Below, piece by piece: positions 36,640-48,600 of a stretch of 64,000 nt of DNA. A program made the translations under genes and the position numbers. The stretch lies in NCBI GenBank assembly GCA_002104905.1, contig MCFE01000044.1, positions 135,527 through 199,526 of the forward strand, given 5' to 3'. The notes beneath the pieces were generated by a model. That model saw only the letters and a program-made list of their open reading frames with translations, ran no database searches and was not told the origin of the DNA. The DNA is from Basidiobolus meristosporus CBS 931.73. Lineage: Eukaryota; Fungi; Basidiobolomycota. Positions within the stretch are counted from its first letter, which is position 1. Each line of letters begins with the position of its first letter.

Positions 36640-39600
36640 CTATGCCCAATCACATACGATTGATCCCTCAAATGCCCTACAGACTGTACCAGCAGCGCAA
36701 TGGTTTTGGATGAGCTTACCATTGGAGCACACTGTAAACTCCGGAGAAATATCCGAGTTGGCACAGGCGTAGGTTCCGTCTATACATTTAGAATCACCAG
36801 GTTTGGGTGAGGCGCCACCAGTACCAGCGGTAACAGTTGCAGTTACTGTAGCGGTGGTGACAAAGTTCTTAACGATAGTGGCTGTAGCGGGCTTACAATC
36901 ATTAGTTTGAGTAACTGTATGGACAGAGGTTACAGTAACCGAATGTATAACACTAGGCTGCAATGTAGCAGTTACTGTAACGGTGCTGACTTGAATATTA
37001 GTGGGTTGACTTTCAGGTCGGCTTGGCTCATTTGAATGAGAGGGTTTGTGGATTTCCGATTCACGCGAAATGGGGGTTTCCCAGACTCCACTTGGTTATG
37101 ATGCTTATCATTCGATTGCGAGTGGCTTACATCTGTGGCTCTAGATTGAATACCACTAGCAATATTGCCAGACATCGTAGGTGTCACCTTGGACTCGATT
37201 GAACCATGATTAGAAGTAGGTTGAAGACTGTCAGATCCAGTGGCATGATGCTCCTGAGAGTTGTGACCCTCCGACTTGGCAGGAACAGTAGGCTTCTGGG
37301 AGTTGTGACCCTCCGACTTGGCAGGCTCAGTAGGCTTCTGTGAGTTGTGACCCTCCGACTTGGCAGGCTCAGTAGGCTTCTGTGAGTTGTGACCCTCCGA
37401 CTTGGCAGGCTCAGTAGGCTTCTGTGAGTTGTGACCCTCCGACTTGGCAGGCTCAGTAGGCTTCTGTGAGTTGTGACCCTCCGACTTGGCAGGCTCAGTA
37501 GGCTTCTGGGAGCTGTGACCCTCCGACTTGGCAGGAACAGTAGGCTTCTGGGAGTTGTGACCCTCCGAATTGGCAGGCTCAGTAGGCTTCTGGGAGTTGT
37601 GACCCTCCGACTTGGCAGAGTCAGTAGGCTTCTGGGAGTTGTGACCCTCCGACTTGGCAGAGTCAGTAGGCTTCTGGGAGTTGTGACCCTCCGAATTGGC
37701 AGGCTCAGTAGGCTTCTGGGAGTTGTGACCCTCCGACTTGGCAGAGCCAGTAGACTTCGAAGACAAAGTAGAGGTAGCAATGGGACTTCCACTGTTGTTA
37801 TCCACAACAACCTTGGTTACATACTTAGTCTCGGTTCTAGTGGTGTAGCGAGTAGATTCCACAGGGGGGTGAGTCTTCACAGTGTGCTGACTACCAGAGT
37901 GGGTCTCGACCGAAGGCTTAGGAGTGACGGTTTCTACAACAGTACCAGTGACGACGGTAGTAATGGTATCAGTGGTGTAACTGTCGCTGTGGCCATGGGG
38001 AACTACAGATTGAGAACCAGTAGATCCAGTGGCGTGATGATCCTTAGAGTTGTGTCCCTCAGACTTGGCAGACTCGGTAGGCTTCGACGACAAGATCGAG
38101 GTAGCAATGGGACTTCCGCTGTTGTTGTCCACAACAACCTTGGTTACATACTGGGTCTCAGTTCTAGTGCTGTAGTGAGTGGACTCCACAGGAGCGTGAG
38201 TCTTCACGGTGTGATGACTGCCAGAATGAGTTTCAACCGAAGGCTTGGGAGTAATGGTTTCAACAACAGTGTCGGTCACGACAGTGGTGATCGTGTCAGT
38301 GGTGTAACTACCGCTATGGCCATGGGGAACTACAGATTGAGATCCTGCAGATCCAGTGGCGTGGCGCTCCTTAGAGTTGTGTCCCTCAGGCTTGGCAGAC
38401 TCGGTAGGCTTCGACGACAAGATGGAGGTGGCAATGGGGCTTCCGCTGTTGTTATCCACAACTACCTTGGTAACATACTGGGTCTCGGTTCTAGTGCTGT
38501 AGTGAGTGGACTCCACAGGAGCATGAGTCTTCACGGTGTGATGACTGCCAGAATGAGTTTCAACCGAAGGCTTGGGAGTAATGGTTTCAACAACAGTATC
38601 GGTCACCACAGTGGTGATCGTGTCAGTGGTGTAACTATCGCTATGGCCATGGGGAACTACAGATTGCGATCCTGCAGATCCAGTGGTGTGGCGTTCCTTA
38701 GAGTTGTGTCCCTCAGGCTTGGCAGACTCGGTAGGCTTCGACGACAAGATGGAGGTAGCAATGGGACTTCCGCTGTTGTTGTCCACAACTACCTTGGTTA
38801 CATACTGGGTCTCAGTTCTAGTGCTGTAGTGAGTGGACTCCACAGGAGCATGAGTCTTCACGGTGTGATGACTGCCAGAATGAGTTTCAACCGAAGGCTT
38901 GGGAGTAATGGTTTCAACAACAGTGTCGGTAACGACAGTGGTGATCGTGTCAGTGGTGTAACTACCGCTATGGCCATGGGGAACTACAGATTGAGATCCT
39001 GCAGATCCAGTGGCGTGGTGATCCTTAGAGTTGTGTCCCTCAGACTTGGCAGACTCGGTAGGCTTCGACGACAAGATGGAGGTGGCAATGGGGCTTCCGC
39101 TGTTGTTGTCCACAACAACCTTAGTAACATACTGGGTCTCAGTTCTAGTGCTGTAGTGAGTGGACTCCACAGGAGCATGAGTCTTCACGGTGTGATGACT
39201 GCCAGAATGAGTTTCAACCGAAGGCTTGGGAGTAATGGTTTCAACAACAGTATCGGTCACCACAGTGGTGATCGTGTCAGTGGTGTAACTATCGCTGTGG
39301 CCATGGGGAACTACAGATTGAGAACCAGTAGATCCAGTGGCGTGATGATCCTTAGAGTTGTGTCCCTCAGACTTGGCAGACTCGGTAGGCTTCGACGACA
39401 AGATCGAGGTAGCAATGGGACTTCCGCTGTTGTTGTCCACAACAACCTTGGTTACATACTGGGTCTCAGTTCTAGTGCTGTAGTGAGTGGACTCCACAGG
39501 AGCATGAGTCTTCACGGTGTGATGACTGCCAGAATGAGTTTCAACCGAAGGCTTGGGAGTAATGGTTTCAACAACAGTGTCGGTCACGACAGTGGTGATC

Positions 39601-42600
39601 GTATCAGTGGTGTAACTGCCGCTATGGCCATGGGGAACTACAGATTGTGATCCTGCAGATCCAGTGGCGTGGCGTTCCTTAGAGTTGTGTCCCTCAGACT
39701 TGGCAGACTGGGTAGGCTTCGACGACAAGATGGAGGTGGCAATGGGGCTTCCGCTGTTGTTGTCCACAACAACCTTGGTAACATACTGGGTCTCAGTTCT
39801 AGTGCTGTAGTGAGTGGACTCCACAGGAGCATGAGTCTTCACGGTGTGATGACTGCCAGAATGAGTTTCAACCGAAGGCTTGGGAGTAATGGTTTCAACA
39901 ACAGTGTCGGTCACGACAGTGGTGATCGTATCAGTGGTGTAACTGCCGCTATGGCCATGGGGAACTACAGATTGTGATCCTGCAGATCCAGTGGCGTGGC
40001 GTTCCTTAGAGTTGTGTCCCTCAGACTTGGCAGACTGGGTAGGCTTCGACGACAAGATGGAGGTGGCAATGGGGCTTCCGCTGTTGTTGTCCACAACAAC
40101 CTTGGTAACATACTGAGTCTCAGTTCTAGTGCTGTAGTGAGTGGACTCCACAGGAGCATGAGTCTTCACGGTGTGATGACTGCCAGAATGAGTTTCAACC
40201 GAAGGCTTGGGAGTAATGGTTTCAACAACAGTATCGGTCACGACAGTGGTGACCGTGTCAGTGGTGTAACTGCCGCTATGGCCATGGGGAACTACAGATT
40301 GCGATCCTGCAGATCCAGTGGCGTGGCGCTCCTTAGAGTTGTGTCCCTCAGGCTTGGCAGACTCGGTAGGCTTCGACGACAAGATGGAAGTAGCAATGGG
40401 ACTTCCGCTGTTGTTGTCCACAACTACCTTGGTTACATACTGAGTCTCGGTTCTAGTGCTGTAGTGAGTGGACTCCACAGGAGCATGAGTCTTCACGGTG
40501 TGATGACTGCCAGAATGAGTTTCAACCGAAGGCTTGGGAGTAATGGTTTCAACAACAGTGTCGGTCACCATGCTGGTGATCGTGTCAGTGGTGTAACTGC
40601 CGCTATGGCCATGGGGAACTACAGATTGCGATCCTGCAGATCCAGTGGCGTGGCGTTCCTTAGAGTTGTGTCCCTCAGACTTGGCAGACTCGGTAGGCTT
40701 CGACAAGATGGAAGTAGCAATGGGACTTCCGCTGTTGTTATCCACAACTACCTTGGTAACAAACTGAGTCTCGGTTCTAGTGCTGTAGTGAGTGGACTCC
40801 ACAGGAGCATGAGTCTTCACGGTGTGATGACTGCCAGATTGAGTTTCAACCGAAGGCTTGGGAGTAATGGTTTCAACAACAGTATCAGTCACGACAGTGG
40901 TGACCGTGTCAGTGGTGTAACTATCGCTGTGGCCATGGGGAACTACAGATTGAGAACCAGTAGATCCAGTGGCGTGGTGATCCTTAGAGTTGTGTCCCTC
41001 AGACTTGGCAGACTCGGTAGGCTTCGACGACAAGATGGAGGTGGCAATGGGGCTTCCGCTGTTGTTATCCACAACTACCTTGGTTACATACTGGGTCTCA
41101 GTTCTAGTGCTGTAGTGAGTGGACTCCACAGGAGCATGAGTCTTCACGGTGTGATGACTGCCAGATTGAGTTTCAACCGAAGGCTTGGGAGTAATGGTTT
41201 CAACAACAGTATCAGTCACGACAGTGGTGATCGTGTCAGTGGTGTAACTGCCGCTATGGCCATGGGGAACTACAGATTGTGATCCTGCAGATCCAGTGGC
41301 GTGATGATCCTTAGAGTTGTGTCCCTCAGACTTGGCAGACTCGGTAGGCTTCGACGACAAGATGGAGGTGGCAATGGGGCTTCCGCTGTTGTTATCCACA
41401 ACTACCTTGGTTACATACTGGGTCTCAGTTCTAGTGCTGTAGTGAGTGGACTCCACAGGAGCGTGAGTCTTCACGGTGTGATGACTGCCAGAATGAGTTT
41501 CAACCGAAGGCTTGGGAGTAATGGTTTCAACAACAGTATCGGTCACGACAGTGGTGATCGTGTCAGTGGTGTAACTGCCGCTATGGCCATGGGGAACTAC
41601 AGATTGAGATCCTGTAGATCCAGTGGCGTGGTGATCCTTAGAGTTGTGTCCCTCAGACTTGGCAGACTCGGTAGGCTTCGACGACAAGATCGAGGTAGCG
41701 ATGGGACTTCCGCTGTTGTTGTCCACAACTACCTTGGTAACATACTGGGTCTCGGTTCTAGTGCTGTAGTGAGTGGACTCCACAGGAGCATGAGTCTTCA
41801 CGGTGTGATGACTGCCAGAATGAGTTTCAACCGAAGGCTTGGGAGTAATGGTTTCAACAACAGTATCGGTCACGACAGTGGTGATCGTGTCAGTGGTGTA
41901 ACTGCCGCTATGGCCATGGGGAACTACAGATTGAGATCCTGTAGATCCAGTGGCGTGGTGATCCTTAGAGTTGTGTCCCTCAGACTTGGCAGACTCGGTA
42001 GGCTTCGACGACAAGATGGAGGTAGCGATGGGACTTCCGCTGTTGTTGTCCACAACTACCTTGGTTACATACTGGGTCTCAGTTCTAGTGCTGTAGTGAG
42101 TGGACTCCACAGGAGCGTGAGTCTTCACGGTGTGATGACTGCCAGAATGAGTTTCAACCGAAGGCTTGGGAGTAATGGTTTCAACAACAGTGTCGGTCAC
42201 CACGCTGGTGATCGTGTCAGTGGTGTAACTGCCGCTATGGCCATGGGGAACTACAGATTGAGATCCTGCAGATCCAGTGGCGTGGCGCTCCTTGGAGTTG
42301 TGTCCCTCAGGCTTGGCAGACTCGGTAGGCTTCGACGACAAGATGGAGGTGGCAATGGGGCTTCCGCTGTTGTTATCCACAACTACCTTGGTTACATACT
42401 GGGTCTCGGTTCTAGTGCTGTAGTGAGTGGACTCCACAGGAGCATGAGTCTTCACGGTGTGATGACTGCCAGAATGAGTTTCAACCGAAGGCTTGGGAGT
42501 AATGGTTTCAACAACAGTGTCGGTCACCACGCTGGTGATCGTGTCAGTGGTGTAACTGCCGCTATGACCATGAGGGGCTGAAGAGTGGAAGTTTACTGAC

Positions 42601-45600
42601 CCAGAGATATGTGGTTCCTTGGGGTTGTTACCATTTGACTTGCTGGGCTCAGTGGGTTCGCTAGGTAAGACCGAAGTAGCGATGGGGCTACCGCTATTAT
42701 TATCGATCACAACCTTGGTTATGTATTTTGTCTCAGTCCAGATAGTATAGCGAGTAGATTCGACAGGAATATAGGTTCTTGCGGTGTGCTTACTATCCGA
42801 TTGAGTGTCTATTGAGTGTTTAGGAGTAATAGTTTGAACTATTGTGGAGGTATGTGTTGACGTTATTGAACCCAGAGTTATGATGGTTTTATCACCATGA
42901 TTGGAGTGGCTTGCCAAATTTGTATGCGAGAATTTTGACGCGCTGGATGCGTACTCCTTCTTTGAAAGACTGCCTGTAGACTTCGTGGGCTTGTGCTCTT
43001 CGGAAGAGTGGGCAGCCTTTGACTTAGTGGGCTTGTGTTCTTCGCTAGGGTGGGTAGCCTTGGATTCGGTGGGCTTGTGCTCTTCGCTAGAGTGGGGAGC
43101 CTTTGATTCAGTGGGCTTGTGTTCTTGGCTAGAGCGGGGAGCCTTGGACTTAGGCTCTACACTTGAGTGGGCAGTCTTCGATTCCGTGGGCTTGTGCTCT
43201 TCGCTAGAATGGGGAGCCTTTGATTCACTAGGCTTGTGTTCTTCCCTGGAGTGGGCAGCTTTTGATTCTGTGGGCTTATGTTCTTCGCTAGAGTGGAGAG
43301 CCTTTGATTCAGTGGGCTTGTGTTCTTCGCTAGAGCGGGGAGCCTTTGATTCACTGGGCTTATGTTCTTCACTAGAGTGAGGAGCCTTTGATTCGGTGTG
43401 CCTGTGCTCTTCGCTTGAGTGGGTAGCCTTGGATTCAGTGGGCTTGTGTTCTTCGCTAGAGTGGAGAGCCTTTGATTCAGTGGGCTTGTGCTCTTCGCTA
43501 GAGCGGGGAGCCTTGGACTTGGGGGACTTGGGCTCTACACTTGAGTGGGCAGTCTTTGATTCAGTCGGCTTGTGCTCTTCGCTAGAGTGGGCAGCCTTTG
43601 ATTCAGTGGGCTCGTGCTTTTCGCTAGAGTGGGCAGCCTTTGATTCGGTGGGCTTGTGTTCTTCGCTAGAGTGGGGAGCCTTTGATTCAGTGGGCTTATG
43701 TTCTTCACTAGAGTGGGGAGCCTTGGACTTAGGCTCTACACTTGAGTGGGCAGTCTTTGATTCCGTGGGCTTGTGCTCTTCGCTAGAATGGGGAGCCTTT
43801 GATTCACTGGGCTTATGTTCTTCACTAGAGTGGGGAGCCTTTGATCCTGTGGGCTTGTGCTCTTCGCTAGAGTGGAGAGCCTTTGATTCGGTGGGCTTGT
43901 GTTCTTCGCTAGAGTGGAGAGCCTTTGATTCAGTGGGCTGGTGCTTTTCGCTAGAGTGGGGAGCCTCTGATTGGGTGGGCTTGTGCTCTTCGCTAGAGCG
44001 GGGAGCCTTGGACTTGGGGGACTTGGGCTCTACACTTGAGTGGGCAGTCTTTGATTCAGTCGGCTTGTGCTCTTCGCTAGAGTGGGCAGCCTTTGATTCA
44101 GTGGGCTCGTGCTTTTCGCTAGAGTGGGCAGCCTTTGATTCGGTGGGCTTGTGTTCTTCGCTAGAGTGGGGAGCCTTTGATTCACTGGGCTTATGTTCTT
44201 CACTAGAGTGAGGAGCCTTTGATTCGGTGTGCCTGTGCTCTTCGCTAGAGTGGGTAGCCTTTGATTCACTGGACTTGTGTTCTTCACTGGAGTGGGCAGC
44301 CTTTGATTCGGTGGGCTTGTGTTCTTCGCTAGAGTGGAGAGCCTTTGATTCAGTGGGCTTGTGCTCTTCGCTAGAGCGGGGAGCCTTGGACTTGGGGGAC
44401 TTGGGCTCTACACTTGAGTGGGCAGTCTTTGATTCAGTCGGCTTGTGCTTTTCGCTAGAGTGGGCAGCCTTTGATTCAGTGGGCTTGTGTTCTTCGCTAG
44501 AGTGGGGAGCCTTGGACTTAGGCTCTACACTTGAGTGGGCAGTCTTTGATTCCGTGGGCTTGTGCTCTTCGCTAGAATGGGGAGCCTTTGATTCACTGGG
44601 CTTATGTTCTTCACTAGAGTGGGGAGCCTTTGATCCTGAGGGCTTGTGCTCTTCGCTAGAGTGGGGAGCCTTTGATTCGGTGGGCTTGTGTTCTTCGCTA
44701 GAGTGGAGAGCCTTTGATTCAGTGGGCTGGTGCTTTTCGCTAGAGTGGGGAGCCTCTGATTGGGTGGGCTTGTGCTCTTCGCTAGAGCGGGGAGCCTTGG
44801 ACTTGGGGGACTTGGGCTCTACACTTGAGTGGGCAGTCTTTGATTCAGTCGGCTTGTGCTTTTCGCTAGAGTGGGCAGCCTTTGATTCGGTGGGCTTGTG
44901 CTCTTCGCTAGAGTGGGGAGCCTTTGATTCAGTGGGCTTGTGTTCTTGGCTAGAGCGGGGAGCCTTGGACTTAGGCTCTACACTTGAGTGGGCAGTCTTT
45001 GATTCCGTGGGCTTGTGCTCTTCGCTAGAATGGGGAGCCTTTGATTCACTGGGCTTATGTTCTTCACTAGAGTGGGGAGCCTTTGATCCTGTGGGCTTGT
45101 GTTCTTCACTAGAGTGGGGAGCCTTTGATCCTGTGGGCTTGTGTTCTTCGCTAGAGTGGAGAGCTTTTGTTTCAGTAGGCTGGTGCTTTTCACTGGAGTG
45201 GGGAGCCTTTGATTCACTGGGCTTATGTTCTTCACTAGAGTGGGGAGCCTTTGATTCGGTGGGCTTGTGTTCTTCGCTAGAGTGGAGAGCCTTTGATTCA
45301 GTGGGCTTGTGCTCTTCGCCAGAGTGGGGAGCCTTTGATTCAGTGGGCTTGTGCTCTTCGCTAGAGCGGGGAGCCTTGGACTTGGGGGACTTGGGCTCTA
45401 CACTTGAGTGAGACGCCTTCGATTCCGTGGGCTTGTGCTCTTCGCTAGAGTGGCCAGCCTTCGATTCAGTGGGCTCGTGCTTTTCGCTAGAGTGGGCAGC
45501 CTTTGATTCGGTGGGTTTGTGCTCTTCACTAGAGCGGGGAGCCTTGGACTTGGGGGACTTGGGCTCTAGACTTGAGTGAGACGCCTTCGATTCCGTGGGC

Positions 45601-48600
45601 TTGAGTTCAGCGCTAGAGTGGCCAGCCTTTGATCCTGTGGGCTTGTGTTCTTCGCTAGAGTGGGGAGCCTTTGATTCGGTGGGCTGGTGCTCTTCGCTAG
45701 AGCGGGGAGCCTTGGACTTGGGGGACTTGGGCTCTACACTTGAGTGGGCAGTCTTTGATTCAGTCGACTTGTGCTCTTCGCTAGAGTTGCCAGCCTTTGA
45801 TTCGGTGGGCTTGTGCTCTTCGCTAGAGCGGGGAGTCTTGGACTTGGGGGACCTAGTCTCTACGCTAGAGTGGGGAGCCTTTGATTCCGTGGGCTGGTGC
45901 TCTTCGCTAGAGCGGGGAGCCTTGGATTTGGGGGACTTGGGCTCTACACTTGAGTGAGACGCCTTCGATTCCGTGGGCTTGTGTTCTGCGCTAGAGTGGG
46001 CAGCATTTGACTCTGTGGGCTTGTGCTCTTCGCTAGAGTGGGGAGCCTTTGATTCAGTGGGCTGGTGCTTTTCGCTAGAGTGGGCAGCCTTTGATTCGGT
46101 GGGCTTGTGCTCTTCACTAGAGTGGGGAGCCTTTGATTCGGTGGGCTGGTGCTCTTCGCTAGAGCGGGGAGCCTTGGACTTGGGGGACTTGGGCTCTACA
46201 CTTGAGTGAGACGCCTTCGATTCCGTGGGCTTGTGTTCTGCGCTAGAGTGGGCAGCCTTTGACTCAGTGGGCTTGTGCTCTTCGCTAGAGTGGGCAGCCT
46301 TTGATTCGGTTGGCTTGTGTTCTTCGCTTGAGGGGGTAGCCTTAGACTTGGGGGACTTGGGCTCCACACTTGAGTGGGTAGTCTTGGATGCCGTGGGCTT
46401 GGGCTCTTCACTAGAGTGGGGAGTCTTTGATTCGGTGGGCTTATGCTCTTCACTAGAGTGGGGAGCCTTTGATTCAGTGTGCTTGTGCTCTTCGCTAGAG
46501 CGAGGAGCCTTAGACTTGGGAGACTTGGGCGCTACACTAGAATGAGAAGCCTTCGATTCGGTGGGCTTGTGTTCTTCGCTAGAGTGGGGAACCCTTGTTT
46601 CCGAGGACACAACGGCACTACTGCTGCTGCTCAATGTGCTACCTGGAACGGGTGACGTGTTGGTAGATGCCGATGAGACAGTGGTACTGCTACTGCTGCT
46701 GGATGTGCTACTTGGCGAAACAACTGGTGACGAGGTAGTGGTTGTCGATGACACAACGGCACTGCTGCTGCTGCTAGATGTGCTGCTTGGCGAAACAACT
46801 GGTGACGAGGTAGTGGTTGTCGATGACACAACGGCACTGCTGCTGCTGCTAGATGTGCTGCTCGGCGAAACAACTGGTGACGATGTAGAGGCTACCGATG
46901 ACTCGATGGCACTGCTGCTGCTGCTAGATGTGCTGCTCGGCGAAACAACTGGTGACGAGGTAGAGGCTACCGAGGACACGATGGCACTGCTACTGCTGCT
47001 AGATGTGCTGCTTGGCGAAACAACTGGTGACGAGGTAGTGGTTGTCGATGACACAACGGCACTGCTACTGCTGCTGCCAGATGTGCTACTTGGCGAAACA
47101 ACTGGTGACGAGGTAGAGGCTACCGATGACACGATGGCACTGCTGCTGCTGCTAGATGTGCTGCTCGGCGAAACAACTGGTGACGAGGTGGTGGTTGTCG
47201 ATGACACAACGGAACTGCTGCTGCTGCTAGATGTGCTGCTCGGCGAAACAACTGGTGACGAGGTAGAGGCTACCGATGACACGATGGCACTGTTGCTGCT
47301 GCTAGATGTGCTGCTAGGCGAAACAACTGGTGACGAGGTAGAGGCTACCGATGACACGATGGCACTGCTGCTGCTGCTAGATGTGCTGCTTGGCGAAACA
47401 ACTGGTGACGAGGTAGTGGTTGTCGATGACACAACGGCACTGCTGCTACTGCTAGATGTGCTGCTAGGCGAAACAACTGGTGACGAGGTAGAGGCTACCG
47501 ATGACACGATGGCACTGCTGCTGCTGCTAGATGTGCTGCTTGGCGAAACAACTGGTGACGAGGTAGAGGCTACCGATGACACGATGGCACTGCTGCTGCT
47601 GCTAGATGTGCTGCTAGGCGAAACAACTGGTGACGAGGTAGTGGTTGTCGATGACACAACGGCACTGCTGCTGCTGCTAGATGTGCTGTTCGGCGAAACA
47701 ACTGGTGACGAGGTAGAGGCTACCGATGACACGATGGCACTGCTGCTGCTGCTAGATGTGCTGCTCGGCGAAACAACTGGTGACGAAGTAGTGGTTGTCG
47801 ATGACACAACGGCACTGCTGCTGCTGCTGGACGTGCCACTTGGCGAAGAAACGGGTGACGAGTTGGTAGATGTCAATGAGGTAATGGTACTGCTGCTGCT
47901 AGATGTGCTGCTACTGCCAGAAGTAGGTTTAGTGCTTGAGTCAGAGCTGGAGCTGGTGGTCTGTTTAGAACATGGACCTGATACCGGTGTTCCTGGTATA
48001 TTACAGGCGTACTGCACTAGGCCTTGGTAACCACAAACGTCTCCTTGAGCACAACATATAATTTGTGGTCCATTTCCTTGGTTACAGTAGTACATGTGGC
48101 CACTATTTTCGGAGTCGCAATAGTAGTAGTTGCCTGCGGCGGTATTCTTGCATTGGTCAATCACGTTTTGAGGAATTTTCGGGGTGTTAGTCACCGAGCT
48201 AGCGGCACTAGTGCTGGTACCTGATGGAGAACTTGGAGCAGCCTGAGAACTAGAGGCGGAAGCAGTGGAGGTAGATGTGCTACTTTGGGACACAACAGTT
48301 GGTGAGCTTGGGGATGCTAATGCGGAAGTAGTACCGGTGCTACTGCTGGTAATGCTAGTGCTGGTGCTGCTGCTAGATGTGCTGTTACTGCCAGAAGTAG
48401 GTGCGGTGCTTGAGCCAGAGCTGGAGCTGGTGGTCTGTTTAGAACATGGACCAGACACCGGTGTTCCTGGTATATTACAGGCGTACTGCACTAGGCCTTG
48501 GTAGCCACAAACGTCTCCTTGAGCACAACATATAATTTGTGGTCCATTTCCTTGGTTACAGTAGTACATGTGACCACTATTTTCGGAGTCGCAATAGTAG

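Noticed and set aside
36990-37060. An intron (GTGAAT...CTAAT...AG) as the explanation for the giant gene's frame break
   Set aside because: None of the nearby AG acceptors restores the C-terminal frame, and the skipped sequence has repeat-like coding composition in the -1 frame.
37255-47900. Regular short repeats as a possible CRISPR array or satellite
   Set aside because: Units are multiples of 3 nt, contiguous, in frame with the giant ORF and without unique spacers; the context is eukaryotic with no cas genes.
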